Shown here: positions 46,734 through 57,570 of the stretch, piece by piece
Layout: each line of letters starts with the position of its first letter
How positions within the stretch are numbered: the first letter of the stretch is position 1
Origin: a virus
Taxonomy: Duplodnaviria; Caudoviricetes
DNA: 64,000 nt
Direction: 5' to 3' (one strand)
IMG/VR virus record: IMGVR_UViG_3300031555_003590
Location: 128,001 to 192,000 of that record
Notes under the pieces: model-generated
What the model was told of the DNA's origin: nothing
What the model saw: only the letters and a program-made list of their open reading frames with translations
The model's database searches: none
Program-made: the position numbers and the translations under genes

Positions 46734-49061
46734 ATGGCTGATATTAAAAAGAATACTAAAGAAATTATTGATCAATTAGCTACTAGTATTTCTAGTGATG
46801 TTGGTAATATGCATGAAGATGAACTTGAACTTATTGCAACATCATTTGATAAAACTTTAAATAATGCATTAAAAAATTTTAATTCAACTGCATTTGATGA
46901 TGATGGATTTATTAAGAAGATGAGAGATCTTGATTTAGATAATAAACAAGATAAAGAAATGATTAAAAATGTTCTTAATAATATTCGATCTGATTATGTA
47001 GGAGTAGATTCTCTCAATCATAGTGAATTACTAGTGAGACGAGATATGAGTAATATTTGTACTCAAATGCCTGAGATGAGAGATGTTATTTATGTAATTA
47101 GAGATGCCATCATAGAATGTAATGTTTCTACTGGTGAAGTATCTAGAACTTTAATTTTTGAAAATCATGAAGAAAATGAAGCATTTGAAACTCAAGTAAA
47201 AGAAATTGAACAACGTTATGATCTATTAACTACTATTAAGAATTTTATTGTTCCTAATAGTCTTAAAATAGGTGAATACTATGTTCAGGTAGTTCCATAT
47301 TCAAAATTATTTGCTGAATTAGAATCTATTAACAATAATAGGTATGGAGATGGAAAAGGATTTCATTCTACTAAACAATTTAGAGAAAGTGTTCCTAATG
47401 AAATATATGAAAGTTTCAAAGAATCAGTTTCTTTATATAATGAAAAGAATGTAAAATTATTAATGGAATCTATATCTCCAATTATAAAAAAAGATGTATC
47501 TGATACATATACTATTGATAAAGATACATCAGTAAGAATTACATCAGAAAAAGTTAATAAAGAAGATATATCCAATTTATTAAAAAATATTGATGTATAT
47601 AATGGATCTTCTGTAATGTTATCTGAAATGGGTCCTGATGCATTCAAAGAATTTGTATTAAATGAATATACTAATAGTATATCTAAATCTAATAATAAGA
47701 ATAAACATTTTTCTGAAACTATGGAATATAATAAAATTACTAGTAGTGTATTTGGAGACATTGATCAAGATGTAGTAGATAATATTAGTACATATGATCA
47801 TGTTAAAGGATGTTATATTAAATATCTTGATAGCTTAAGAATGGTACCAATTAGAATGGATCGAAGAGTAATTGGTTATTATTATATTTCTACTACTATG
47901 GATTTACAAACAAATGCATCTAATCCTAATGGTATGGTAGATTTATCTTTTCAACATTATACCAGAGATAAAAATATGGTAGATACTCTTGCCAGTATGA
48001 TTATTAAATCATTTGACAAGAAAATGTTAGAAAAGAATATTAAACTTAAGAGTGAAATTGCAGAAGTAATTATGGCTCATAAATTCTCAGAAGGTAAGTT
48101 ATCATTTATTTATATTCCAGAAAATGAAGTAATAAGATTTGTTATTAATGAAGATGAGGAAGGTAAAGGTCATTCTGTAATTGAACCTACTATGTTCCCT
48201 GCTCGTATGTATCTGATGTTAACTATGTATAATATGTTATATACATTAAATAATAATACCACTAGGGTTCATTATTTAAAATCTTCTGGATTAAATAAAG
48301 ATTATGCTGCACAAATTCAACGTACTATGCGTAAATTCCAATCTAGAAGAATTACCATTGATGATATTTATTCATATTCAGGTGTATTAAATAAAGTTGG
48401 TGGAATGGGAGAAATGGTCCTACCTTCTGGTAGAAATGATTTTAAAGCATTAGAAACTGATACCATTGCAGCAGTAGAAAACCCTATTAATATGGAATTT
48501 CTAGAACAACAACGTAGACAAGCAATCAGCGGTACTGGTGTTCCACATCTAATGATGATTAATGCTATTGATGAAGCCGACTTTGCTAAAACTCTAGAAA
48601 TGGCTAATGCTCGATTCTTATCTACTGTATCTTCTTATAAGATCGATTTTAATAAAGGTATAACTAAATTATATCGCACTCTATTGAAACATTGTACTGA
48701 AATGGAAGATGATATAATTCAATCTTTCAAGTTCAATTTTAATTCTGTAACTCAACAAGAATTGAATATTACATCTGATATGATTTCCAATTTCAATTCT
48801 ATGGCAGAATTGGTTATGGGAATTTTTTATAAAAAGAGTGATATGGAAGATGAACAGGGCAATCCTTCTGCTAAGCAAATGTATCTGAGAAAAGAATTAG
48901 CAAAAGAATATTTACCTCAGTTGAATTTTGATACATTAGAAGAACTTGTTAAACGAGTAGAGATTCAAGCCACTGATGAAAAACTTCAAGATGAAGTTAA
49001 TAAATTAAATATTGATAAAGAGGATCTTGCTGAAGTTGAAACTAAAGAAGAGCAGAAGTAA
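46734..49061 (+). CDS. Portal protein (jumbo-phage type)
   Basis: 775 aa; MPEM...I..IRDAI, L..GE.Y, G.SVIE, R.HY, AISGTGVP portal-like segments; head gene context. Confidence 0.65.
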   Translation: MADIKKNTKEIIDQLATSISSDVGNMHEDELELIATSFDKTLNNALKNFNSTAFDDDGFIKKMRDLDLDNKQDKEMIKNVLNNIRSDYVGVDSLNHSELLVRRDMSNICTQMPEMRDVIYVIRDAIIECNVSTGEVSRTLIFENHEENEAFETQVKEIEQRYDLLTTIKNFIVPNSLKIGEYYVQVVPYSKLFAELESINNNRYGDGKGFHSTKQFRESVPNEIYESFKESVSLYNEKNVKLLMESISPIIKKDVSDTYTIDKDTSVRITSEKVNKEDISNLLKNIDVYNGSSVMLSEMGPDAFKEFVLNEYTNSISKSNNKNKHFSETMEYNKITSSVFGDIDQDVVDNISTYDHVKGCYIKYLDSLRMVPIRMDRRVIGYYYISTTMDLQTNASNPNGMVDLSFQHYTRDKNMVDTLASMIIKSFDKKMLEKNIKLKSEIAEVIMAHKFSEGKLSFIYIPENEVIRFVINEDEEGKGHSVIEPTMFPARMYLMLTMYNMLYTLNNNTTRVHYLKSSGLNKDYAAQIQRTMRKFQSRRITIDDIYSYSGVLNKVGGMGEMVLPSGRNDFKALETDTIAAVENPINMEFLEQQRRQAISGTGVPHLMMINAIDEADFAKTLEMANARFLSTVSSYKIDFNKGITKLYRTLLKHCTEMEDDIIQSFKFNFNSVTQQELNITSDMISNFNSMAELVMGIFYKKSDMEDEQGNPSAKQMYLRKELAKEYLPQLNFDTLEELVKRVEIQATDEKLQDEVNKLNIDKEDLAEVETKEEQK

Positions 49062-49115
49062 TCTCAAAAACAAGTTCATAATTCAATTATAAAATAATAA
49101 AGGAGTTGAAAATAA

Positions 49116-49805
49116 ATGGCAAATTATCCTAAAGGGCTTGAAGAAGATAAAATGAATTCTCATTTTAAAAAATTACAAGCTCAATATAAAAAGACTATTG
49201 ATAGTGATGGTGAAGATGTAAAACCTATCGCTCATAATAAGCCTACATCTGGAACTAATCCTACTGGTCCAATGAAAGGTAATCTAATGACTTGGACTCA
49301 AATGTTAGAAAGTATGGATGAAGTTGATATTAATATTGATAATATGAGTGAAGAGCCTGATTTAGCTGATCAACCTATTGAAGAGCTCTCTCCAGTAGGA
49401 GCAGTAAATGAAGATGAACTTCTAAATGAACTTAATAAAATTTTTACTCCTATTCTTGTAATGCAAGGATTTGAAAATGATATTTCTGATCGTATTAATG
49501 AATCTTTATCTGAAGCATCTTTATTAACTGAAAGAAATGTCATTAGTTTTGATAATAAAACTCGTATGGCACAATTAATTTCTATTTGTGCATTACTAAT
49601 TGCTCGTCAGAAAAATTCTGAAAAATATCAGATGTATAAAAAAGCAGCTGTTATTAAAAATAAAATGAAGTTAGATATTCAGAAAGAAGAATATGATGCA
49701 GCTCAATCATTAGCTCAAAAGTTTCTTGTAAAAGTATCTACTACTAATAACAGCTCTGTTGCTCGAGATGTTGCTAATAGCCTACTTCCTGAGACTCAAC
49801 ACTAA
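49116..49805 (+). CDS. Putative virion protein
   Basis: AACA-N6-TA at 49069; MLES, INES, LSEA, LTER sites. Confidence 0.55.
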   Translation: MANYPKGLEEDKMNSHFKKLQAQYKKTIDSDGEDVKPIAHNKPTSGTNPTGPMKGNLMTWTQMLESMDEVDINIDNMSEEPDLADQPIEELSPVGAVNEDELLNELNKIFTPILVMQGFENDISDRINESLSEASLLTERNVISFDNKTRMAQLISICALLIARQKNSEKYQMYKKAAVIKNKMKLDIQKEEYDAAQSLAQKFLVKVSTTNNSSVARDVANSLLPETQH

Positions 49806-49856
49806 TGTAATATATTAATTATACTAATTATAAATAGTAAAGGAGATTGAATAATT

Positions 49857-51011
49857 ATGGCTACTACATTTAAAGATTTTATGGTTGAATGTGAACTGTA
49901 TCCTTATTCACGCGATCATTATGATCTTATGAAAGAATGCAGTGAACTAGAATTGATGGAGAAGTATATTGAAAATCAGATTTATGTAAATGAATCTAAA
50001 GCTATGCTTGAAAATGGTAATTTTCATATTGGAGAAAACTATCTTGCTGAATCAATTAATCAAACTGAATTAGATGTTATTACTGAAGCATTTTCTGATA
50101 AAGTAAATAATCTTATTGTGAAATTATCTAAAATGATAATGAAAATTTTTAAAACTTTTTCTACATTCTTTGGTAAGCTTGGAAATAAATTTGATCCTAT
50201 TACTACAAAAGGTCAAAATGTTCGTTCCAAACTTGGAAGTGTTACTCTAGATGATGAAAAACTTGCTAAGATTAAGGAAATCGTTGATGGTGCAAAAAAT
50301 AATCAAGCCTCTGCATTTCCTATTAGAAAAAATCAGCCTTATGCAAAAAATATTAAAATGACTTATGGTGGTCATGCAGAATATTATAATGATCTAAAGG
50401 ATGCTCTTGCTGTTGCTTTATCTGATAAAACTGTAGTTGCTGAAGCTTTATTAAATGATTCTGGAGATAATATTGATTCTGAAAGAATTGGTATTATGGA
50501 TCCTGATGAAATTCGTGCTGCTGGTACTGCTCTAACTATTGGTAAACAGCGCCAGATTATGAATGTAACTAAGAGTTTATATAATTCTTGGAAACATGTT
50601 AAAGCTAATGGATTAGAAATTGAAGTTAATACAAAATCTATTAATAAAACTGCAAAAGATCTAAATGATCTTTGTGATAAGATCAATGAAATGGTTAAGA
50701 AAGTAACTGATGGTGCTGTTAGAAATTATGCAGTAGCTAAATCTGTAGTAGATAAAACAGCAGATGCTGCAACTAAAGAAGTTTCTAAACAGGATGATGT
50801 ACATGATAGTCCAATTCTAGGTATTGCATCAATTCTTAATGGTGTTAGTAATAATTCTCCTACTGCTTCCAATGTTAGTAAAGAAATCAATAATACAGTT
50901 AGTATGCTAACTAATACTATTGGTTTAACTACTAAAGTTTATATGCAATTAAGTGCATATCGTCAAACTGTTATTAATCAATTATATGATTTTCTAAAAA
51001 ATATTAAATAA
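49857..51011 (+). CDS. Putative internal head protein, paralog of 52646..53755
   Basis: Shared N-terminal M..TF.....EC..Y.YS...Y.L.KEC.E..LM..YIE.Q; VITEA followed by an amphipathic helix. Confidence 0.65.
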   Translation: MATTFKDFMVECELYPYSRDHYDLMKECSELELMEKYIENQIYVNESKAMLENGNFHIGENYLAESINQTELDVITEAFSDKVNNLIVKLSKMIMKIFKTFSTFFGKLGNKFDPITTKGQNVRSKLGSVTLDDEKLAKIKEIVDGAKNNQASAFPIRKNQPYAKNIKMTYGGHAEYYNDLKDALAVALSDKTVVAEALLNDSGDNIDSERIGIMDPDEIRAAGTALTIGKQRQIMNVTKSLYNSWKHVKANGLEIEVNTKSINKTAKDLNDLCDKINEMVKKVTDGAVRNYAVAKSVVDKTADAATKEVSKQDDVHDSPILGIASILNGVSNNSPTASNVSKEINNTVSMLTNTIGLTTKVYMQLSAYRQTVINQLYDFLKNIK

Positions 51012-51017
51012 TATAGA

Positions 51018-51057
51018 AATAATGATAAGAGGGATTTAAATCCCTCTTATCATTATT
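51018..51057. terminator. Palindromic terminator
   Basis: AATAATGATAAGAGGGATTTAAATCCCTCTTATCATTATT. Confidence 0.75.
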
Positions 51058-51123
51058 ATTAGATGAATAAACTTCTTAATAATCTCTTATAAAATTAATT
51101 TTAATAATGGAGGAAATTTAAAT

Positions 51124-52644
51124 ATGAAAACTTCTATTATAGTTGATTCTTTATTTGAAAATACATTAAGATTAGATCCACTTCTTGAATATTTTGATCC
51201 AATGGAAGTGTTTAAAACAGATTCTAATTATATTAATGATATTTTTACTGAAGCGGAAACTACTAAGAAAAATCTACTTCAAAGAATATGGGAAACTGTT
51301 AAAAAGGCAGTTATGTGGATAGGTCAAAAAATTTTACAAATTGTCAAAGGTATTAAAAGAGCTATCTTTGGTAAAAAGAAAACTGCTACTCAAATTTTAA
51401 AACAAATGAATGTTAAGAAGCATGAAGTTCAATTTGATAAAGTTGATTATACTGATCCTTTTACTGGACAAAAAGCTGCACTAGCTGGTTATTATAGTTT
51501 TATTGAAGGATTTTATGAAGATGGAGTTTATATTAATTTAAATGCTCTTGTTTCTACTAATCCAGAAAAATCACCTGTTAAAGGAAAAGATATTAATGGT
51601 GGAGGTACTCGTGCCAATGAAGTAATTTATTTAATAATGAATCCTAAACCATTAGATGATTATATTGAATTTTTTAAAAAGCTTACAGGAGAAATTCAAT
51701 CTGAAGTATTAGGGCCTAATGATCTTGAAAAGATTGCTAAACGATGTGATGATTTTTCTGGTAGACCTTCTATTGCTTCTTATATCTCTGATGGTATGGG
51801 TAATACTGCTTCTAAAAAATATGATAATGTATATATTAGTATAGATCAATTTATGGAATTTCAAAGAAAAGTAGATGAAGTATGCAGAGTTGGTGAAGAA
51901 TTTGATAATGTATATAATGCATTAAATATTAAATTTGGTAAATCTGATGCTAAAACTGATTCTAAATATATGAAAATTATGAATGAACTTGCATGGGCAT
52001 GTGTTAATCTACAAGGTGGATTACATACAATTTCAAATGGTCTTCAAGGAATTTATGATATTGATCCAGGTTATATTGAATCTATTCAAACACCAGAAAT
52101 GCTTGCAGAATTTGTTTCTGAATCTCTAAAAATAGGTATGCCTAATAAATATTTAGTTAGAAATATTTATATGGTGTCTGATAAAAAATTAAAAGGTAAT
52201 CCTAATTTAGATAAACCTATTATGGGATTTGGTAGATTAACTTTAATTCCTGAAGGTGATATCATATATAAAGTTGCTATTAATAGATATGGAATTAGAA
52301 GTAATAAAAATGATTTTATGGTAATGAATGAAGTAAAAGGAACTCCATTAATGGATAAATTTGCTGAGACTACTCATACTGTTGGTGATTACATTATTAA
52401 TGTAATGGAAAAAGTAAAAGCTGGATCTAAGTATGAACCATCAGCAACTGAAGCATCTAAACTTGGTAGAGAAATTAATGATGAATTACAAAAGATGGGT
52501 ATTGAGTTTGAAATTCATGATATTAAAGCAGATGCTTTTGGTATGAAAGAAAATAAATATGTTTTATTAGATTATGGATATTTGCATAGACGTACTATTA
52601 ATGCTCAAGAACCTAAAATTGATAATATTAAGGAGGAAATTTAA
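51124..52644 (+). CDS. Putative internal head protein with C-terminal kinase-like domain
   Basis: IFTEA then KKNLLQRIWETVKK amphipathic helix; C-terminal GFGR...IYKVA...SNKND...MEKV...HDIK...FG....LLDYG. Confidence 0.65.
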   Translation: MKTSIIVDSLFENTLRLDPLLEYFDPMEVFKTDSNYINDIFTEAETTKKNLLQRIWETVKKAVMWIGQKILQIVKGIKRAIFGKKKTATQILKQMNVKKHEVQFDKVDYTDPFTGQKAALAGYYSFIEGFYEDGVYINLNALVSTNPEKSPVKGKDINGGGTRANEVIYLIMNPKPLDDYIEFFKKLTGEIQSEVLGPNDLEKIAKRCDDFSGRPSIASYISDGMGNTASKKYDNVYISIDQFMEFQRKVDEVCRVGEEFDNVYNALNIKFGKSDAKTDSKYMKIMNELAWACVNLQGGLHTISNGLQGIYDIDPGYIESIQTPEMLAEFVSESLKIGMPNKYLVRNIYMVSDKKLKGNPNLDKPIMGFGRLTLIPEGDIIYKVAINRYGIRSNKNDFMVMNEVKGTPLMDKFAETTHTVGDYIINVMEKVKAGSKYEPSATEASKLGREINDELQKMGIEFEIHDIKADAFGMKENKYVLLDYGYLHRRTINAQEPKIDNIKEEI

Positions 52645-52645
52645 A

Positions 52646-53755
52646 ATGGCTAAAACATTTGGTGAAATGATTTTAGAGTGTCAGAATTATGAATACTCTA
52701 AAGAAAATTATGAATTAACTAAAGAATGTTATGAAATTCAATTAATGTCTCAATATATTGAATCTCAAGAGTTTATGGTTGAGAATATGGCTGATATTCG
52801 TGAAGAGTATAAAGAGTTTGATGAAAGTTATTTTGGTGAATCAGTATCAAATAGTGAATTAGACATCATTTGTGAATCTTTTACAAATAAAGTAAAAAAA
52901 TTAGGTAAAAAAATATGGAATGGTTTAAAAGAATTTTGGAAAAAGTTTTGTAGTTTTTTTAAAAAACTTTTTGGTAAATCTGATAAAACTACAAAAAAAT
53001 GTAGTAACATAAAGGAAAAATTAGAAAATCTTAATATTAAAGATGTTGCAAAAGTATTAGGTATTATTGCTGGATATAATGTTGTAGTTAAAACAGGTAT
53101 AATGGTTGCACAAGATATTGAGATTGAAGAATCGAGTGTAATCGAAGGAATTACCGATGCAATGATTGATGCTGCTCATGGAGAATTATTTAGTAATATT
53201 TGGGATAAAATAAATAAAAAACTATCATATATTCCAACACAACCATTTGCTAAAAAAATTCATATAAAAGGACTTAACTCATCTAAATATAAATCTATCA
53301 TAAATGATTTATCAATCATTTTATCGGATGAAGATATAATTGTTAAATATATAGATAATTCTCCTATTATTGGTTTAGACTTATTTATCCATATTGGAGA
53401 TAAACTTATAAAATGTATGAAAAGTGATAGTAATGTAAGTTCTAAAGAAATTAATAATATTAAGAAACAAATTGATAATGAAGTTAATTATACGAACAAG
53501 CATGGTTGTAAAATTAATTTTAATACATCTGAGACTAAACAAAAACTTCAAGATATACAAGATATTGTTGATACATTATCTGTTGTATATTTTGATTATA
53601 ATCGAGATGGCGAATATAAAGAATTAAATGATGCTTATGCATTAATGCTTCAAATTGGTGGAAATATAATGTCAGCATATGATTCTATTGAAAAATATCG
53701 AAATTATGCTGGAACTAAACTTTCAGAAGCTATTAATAAAGTCGCCAGAGATTAA
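52646..53755 (+). CDS. Putative internal head protein, paralog of 49857..51011
   Basis: Start ATG 52646 behind AAGGAGG; YFGES and IICES then KIWNGLKEFWKKF helix. Confidence 0.65.
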   Translation: MAKTFGEMILECQNYEYSKENYELTKECYEIQLMSQYIESQEFMVENMADIREEYKEFDESYFGESVSNSELDIICESFTNKVKKLGKKIWNGLKEFWKKFCSFFKKLFGKSDKTTKKCSNIKEKLENLNIKDVAKVLGIIAGYNVVVKTGIMVAQDIEIEESSVIEGITDAMIDAAHGELFSNIWDKINKKLSYIPTQPFAKKIHIKGLNSSKYKSIINDLSIILSDEDIIVKYIDNSPIIGLDLFIHIGDKLIKCMKSDSNVSSKEINNIKKQIDNEVNYTNKHGCKINFNTSETKQKLQDIQDIVDTLSVVYFDYNRDGEYKELNDAYALMLQIGGNIMSAYDSIEKYRNYAGTKLSEAINKVARD

Positions 53756-53804
53756 AAAATAATTAATTAAATTCTAAAATTTAAATTAATAAATAATTAA
53801 TGTA

Positions 53805-53830
53805 ATGGAGAGGGAATATTCCCTCTCCAT
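53805..53830. terminator. Palindromic terminator
   Basis: ATGGAGAGGGAATATTCCCTCTCCAT; 22-nt core identical to the 31229 hairpin. Confidence 0.75.
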
Positions 53831-53893
53831 ATAATTTTCTTTTATTTGAACCATAATAGATAAAATATAATAAATTAAGGAGGTGAGTAGTAA

Positions 53894-54334
53894 ATGTTAC
53901 ATGGAACATATTCTATTCCAGGAGTAATTGAAGAAAGTTTATGTAGAAATAGTAAAAGTTATAGATTTACTGATATAGGTGTATATCAAATTCATTCTAC
54001 ATCATTAATGCCAAATATTCCATTTGAAGCATCATCTATTCAACCAAAACCAATTGATTCATCTATATTTATCAATGATGAAGAAACTAAGTTAGATTTT
54101 GAATATACAATTCAATGTCAAAATTTTCTTACTACTAGATATATTGGTCGTGCACCATTAGAATGGTATGAAGGAGAACAAATGACATCTATGGGCAGAC
54201 AATTTATTTTAATTTGTCGAAATGGTAATCCTAAAGAAGAATATAGAGTATTTGGTACTGAAGCTGCAATTAGAGGTTATAATAAGAATGCTAGTGAAAT
54301 TACTACTCTACCTGGTGGAGGTGAGCAATATTAA
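53894..54334 (+). CDS. Hypothetical protein, possibly baseplate-associated
   Basis: AGGAGGTG RBS; coupled to the next gene. Confidence 0.7.
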   Translation: MLHGTYSIPGVIEESLCRNSKSYRFTDIGVYQIHSTSLMPNIPFEASSIQPKPIDSSIFINDEETKLDFEYTIQCQNFLTTRYIGRAPLEWYEGEQMTSMGRQFILICRNGNPKEEYRVFGTEAAIRGYNKNASEITTLPGGGEQY

Positions 54335-54729
54335 TGGCTTTACCTGATATTACTTATATGCATAATTATATTTCTCAAGGTAAAAAAGAAACTTTATCTT
54401 TGAAGAATTTTTATGAAACTATTTTAGTAGGAGATATTGATAATACTGAACATATTATTCGAATACCTATTGGTGATTTCTTTGTTAAATATAGAAATGA
54501 ATTAGATTCAATAGTTCAGTATTATAGTTTACCACAATCACTATTTTATAAACCTAAAAGTGTTAGTTATCAATTATATGGAACAACAGAGTTATGGTTA
54601 TCCTTATTAAGATTAAATAATATGAGAAACATTACTGAGTTTCATCAGCCTATTATTAAGATATACAATGCAAATTCTCTCAAAGAATTGATTGATATCT
54701 TCTTTAAGCGTGCAGGTGTTATATCTTAA
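54334..54729 (+). CDS. Baseplate wedge protein, T4 gp53/LysM-like
   Basis: YKPKSVSYQLYGTTELWLSLLRLN motif. Confidence 0.7.
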   Translation: MALPDITYMHNYISQGKKETLSLKNFYETILVGDIDNTEHIIRIPIGDFFVKYRNELDSIVQYYSLPQSLFYKPKSVSYQLYGTTELWLSLLRLNNMRNITEFHQPIIKIYNANSLKELIDIFFKRAGVIS

Positions 54730-54736
54730 TAACAGA

Positions 54737-54766
54737 AATAGTGGAGGGATAAATCCCTCCACTATT
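54737..54766. terminator. Hairpin terminator
   Basis: AATAGTGGAGGGAT-AA-ATCCCTCCACTATT. Confidence 0.7.
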
Positions 54767-54825
54767 GTATTAATTATTCAAGTATTTACTCATGACATCC
54801 TAATAACTGAAAAGAGGTGAGAATA

Positions 54826-56148
54826 ATGATTTCTAGAGATTCTAATTATAATCCATCTGTAGCTAATAAAAAAGTTAATTTACAAGGAATTCAATATGAA
54901 CGTAATGTGGATGCTGAATATGGAGAACATATTAAAAATACTGGAGCTATTTGTAATACATCAGCATCTCATACATACGGAAATGTAATGTCAGTAATTG
55001 AAAAATATATATTAGATATTTTTCCACAAGATTTATTTAAAACAATTACTGCTAGTACTACTCTTGCAAGTAGACAAGTTACACACCTACCTAGGCAACT
55101 TCATAAAAAAGAACTACCTATCATGGTATTAGTTCCTAGAATTTCATTTGGTCAAGGTGATGATAGATTTCTTGCACATACTCAAATAAATGATAGATTT
55201 ACTAATACACATGCTTTTTATGGAGATGGATCATTATTACCATTAGCAGAAGATCCTAGAAAGAGTATATATGTACATGGTCATTACAATAGAGCAGTAA
55301 TGTTCATTGATATAATTATGACATTTAATACATTTGCAGAACAAATAAATTATATGTCATATATTCATAATATGATTCCAGTTGGACATAATCAATTTGT
55401 TAGAGCACCATTAGAATTATACATACCTGAAGAATTTTGTAATTTATTAGGTAATGTAAGTAAAGTAAATGTTCATGATAAAGATGATTCAGTATATAAT
55501 TTTTTAACATATATGAATAGTATATGGCATTATCCTATTACATATAAACTAAAAGGCGGATCTAATACTGATGAATTTTTCATGTATTATATAGCTGATA
55601 TTGATACAACATTTCAGGAACCACAAGCAGGTACTGGAATAAAAGATGGCCAAATTAGAAGAGGATATGATATCACATTCACAGTTAAATGTGAATTTAA
55701 TACTATTGGATATTTAACTTTAAATAGTCCTGATATGAAAAAACAGATTCATATTCCAACCAAGAATGATGATGCAATTATACCAATTTTTTCTGATGTT
55801 ATTAATTTAGATGACTTTAATCTTCCAGTTGGTTGGTCTATTTTAGGATGGCCTATATTTAAACTTAAACAGGGTGAAAATAGTATCTCTATTGATAATA
55901 TTTTAAATCAATCACTTCGAATAGTTATTGATCATCACCTAAAATTAGGAATTCCAATGGAACGATTTATTAAAGTGCAATTCAGAGAAAATGGTCAAAT
56001 TCTTAATAATGAATTATTTTATATTGATTGGGTTAATCGAGAATTAATTTTAACTAATCCTAATCAACGAAGGACCTATCGTTTGATTATTACTGTATCC
56101 CATGATTATATAAATAATCTAATTAAAGAATTATATCAATTAGAATAA
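54826..56148 (+). CDS. Putative virion structural protein (neck/tail)
   Basis: Start ATG 54826 behind AAGAGGTG; late-type promoter motif at 54794; structural context. Confidence 0.5.
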   Translation: MISRDSNYNPSVANKKVNLQGIQYERNVDAEYGEHIKNTGAICNTSASHTYGNVMSVIEKYILDIFPQDLFKTITASTTLASRQVTHLPRQLHKKELPIMVLVPRISFGQGDDRFLAHTQINDRFTNTHAFYGDGSLLPLAEDPRKSIYVHGHYNRAVMFIDIIMTFNTFAEQINYMSYIHNMIPVGHNQFVRAPLELYIPEEFCNLLGNVSKVNVHDKDDSVYNFLTYMNSIWHYPITYKLKGGSNTDEFFMYYIADIDTTFQEPQAGTGIKDGQIRRGYDITFTVKCEFNTIGYLTLNSPDMKKQIHIPTKNDDAIIPIFSDVINLDDFNLPVGWSILGWPIFKLKQGENSISIDNILNQSLRIVIDHHLKLGIPMERFIKVQFRENGQILNNELFYIDWVNRELILTNPNQRRTYRLIITVSHDYINNLIKELYQLE

Positions 56149-56172
56149 TAAGGAAAGGGGATAAATATTAAA

Positions 56173-57570
56173 ATGTATACTTATAATGATTTATTTGAAT
56201 TTGATTCATTTGATATTAAAGATTATATTAGTGAATCATATTTTAATGTTGATCAATTTTTAATTCAAGAAGCTAATGAAGTTAAAAAGAAAAATATAAT
56301 TCAAAAGTTATGGAGTTTAATTAAAAGGATATGTAGAGTTATTGCAGCTAAAGTTAGAGAATTGACTCATGCATTTATATCTATTTTTAAAACTAAAAAA
56401 GTTAATGATAAAACATTAGATCAAATTGCTGAATATATTTTAGGCATCTCTGATAGTGAGCCAGGTAGTAAACATCTTCGTTTTAGATATGATAATGATA
56501 AAAGAATTACTATTAATTATGTTGCAAATACAATAAAGAAATTAGTTAAAGAACCTGAAATTGCTGGACATGCTAAAGATGATCGTCCAGAACAAAATGC
56601 AATTATGTTAGTATTTCATCTTATTAAACGTCCAGATTTATTAGATCCTATTATTGAAATGCTTGAAAGTATTCGAGCTAATAATGGTGAAATTACTTTT
56701 GAAGAAAAGAGAATGAAACATGCTATTGATGGTGTATGGGCAGGTCTAACTATGGGCTTTGGTTGTACTATTACACTAGAACAATGGACTATTTTAAATG
56801 ATAGAATTGTAAGATTGAATAAAGCTATGGAAGTTGTTGATGAAGACACTTTTATGGCAATTACTATTCATAATAAAGATTCTTCTGGTGTTAGTAATTC
56901 TTTTGCAAATATGTTGAATGAATTGGTCCGCATAACATCATTTGTACAAAAGGGAATTAATTATGTCGGTGATAGTATGCGTCAAATTTATGATCTTGAT
57001 GAAAAGTTTCATAATAAAATTGATGTATCTAACTTCAAAGAAAAACTTCCTTTATTTGTAAAAATGTGTGTTGAAAGTAATATTCCATCTAAATATATTT
57101 ATAATGCCATTCATCAAATTTGTGATATTAGTATTAATTCTAATCCTAAAGATCCAACTAAAAAAGATGAACAGCCTCCTGCATTAAAAGGTAATGGTAG
57201 ATTTGTTATATTTCCAAGTGATCCTTCTCTGGAAGGTAAAATTATTAAAGTTGCATATAATGGATTAGGATCTAGAGGAAATATGAATGAATTTAAAGTA
57301 TGGAATATAGTAAAAGATATTCCAGAAATAGCTAATGAATTGTATCATATTTATGATATTGGCGATAATAATTATTATGTAATTCTTACAGATAGAGCTG
57401 ATGTTAGTGAACGAATGTCTGAAAATGAAACTATTACATGGAATGAACGAATGAAAGAAATGTGTATTAAAAATAACATTGGTTTCATTATTCGTTGTAA
57501 CTCAGGTGGATTTGGTAAAATAAATGGTAGATGGGTATGCGTTGACTATGGTAATGTTCATCGTTTATAA
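56173..57570 (+). CDS. Putative internal head protein with C-terminal (pseudo)kinase-like domain, paralog of 51124..52644
   Basis: LIQEA then KKNIIQKLWSLIKR; C-terminal GNGR...IIKVA...GNMNE...FG....VCVDYG. Confidence 0.65.
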   Translation: MYTYNDLFEFDSFDIKDYISESYFNVDQFLIQEANEVKKKNIIQKLWSLIKRICRVIAAKVRELTHAFISIFKTKKVNDKTLDQIAEYILGISDSEPGSKHLRFRYDNDKRITINYVANTIKKLVKEPEIAGHAKDDRPEQNAIMLVFHLIKRPDLLDPIIEMLESIRANNGEITFEEKRMKHAIDGVWAGLTMGFGCTITLEQWTILNDRIVRLNKAMEVVDEDTFMAITIHNKDSSGVSNSFANMLNELVRITSFVQKGINYVGDSMRQIYDLDEKFHNKIDVSNFKEKLPLFVKMCVESNIPSKYIYNAIHQICDISINSNPKDPTKKDEQPPALKGNGRFVIFPSDPSLEGKIIKVAYNGLGSRGNMNEFKVWNIVKDIPEIANELYHIYDIGDNNYYVILTDRADVSERMSENETITWNERMKEMCIKNNIGFIIRCNSGGFGKINGRWVCVDYGNVHRL

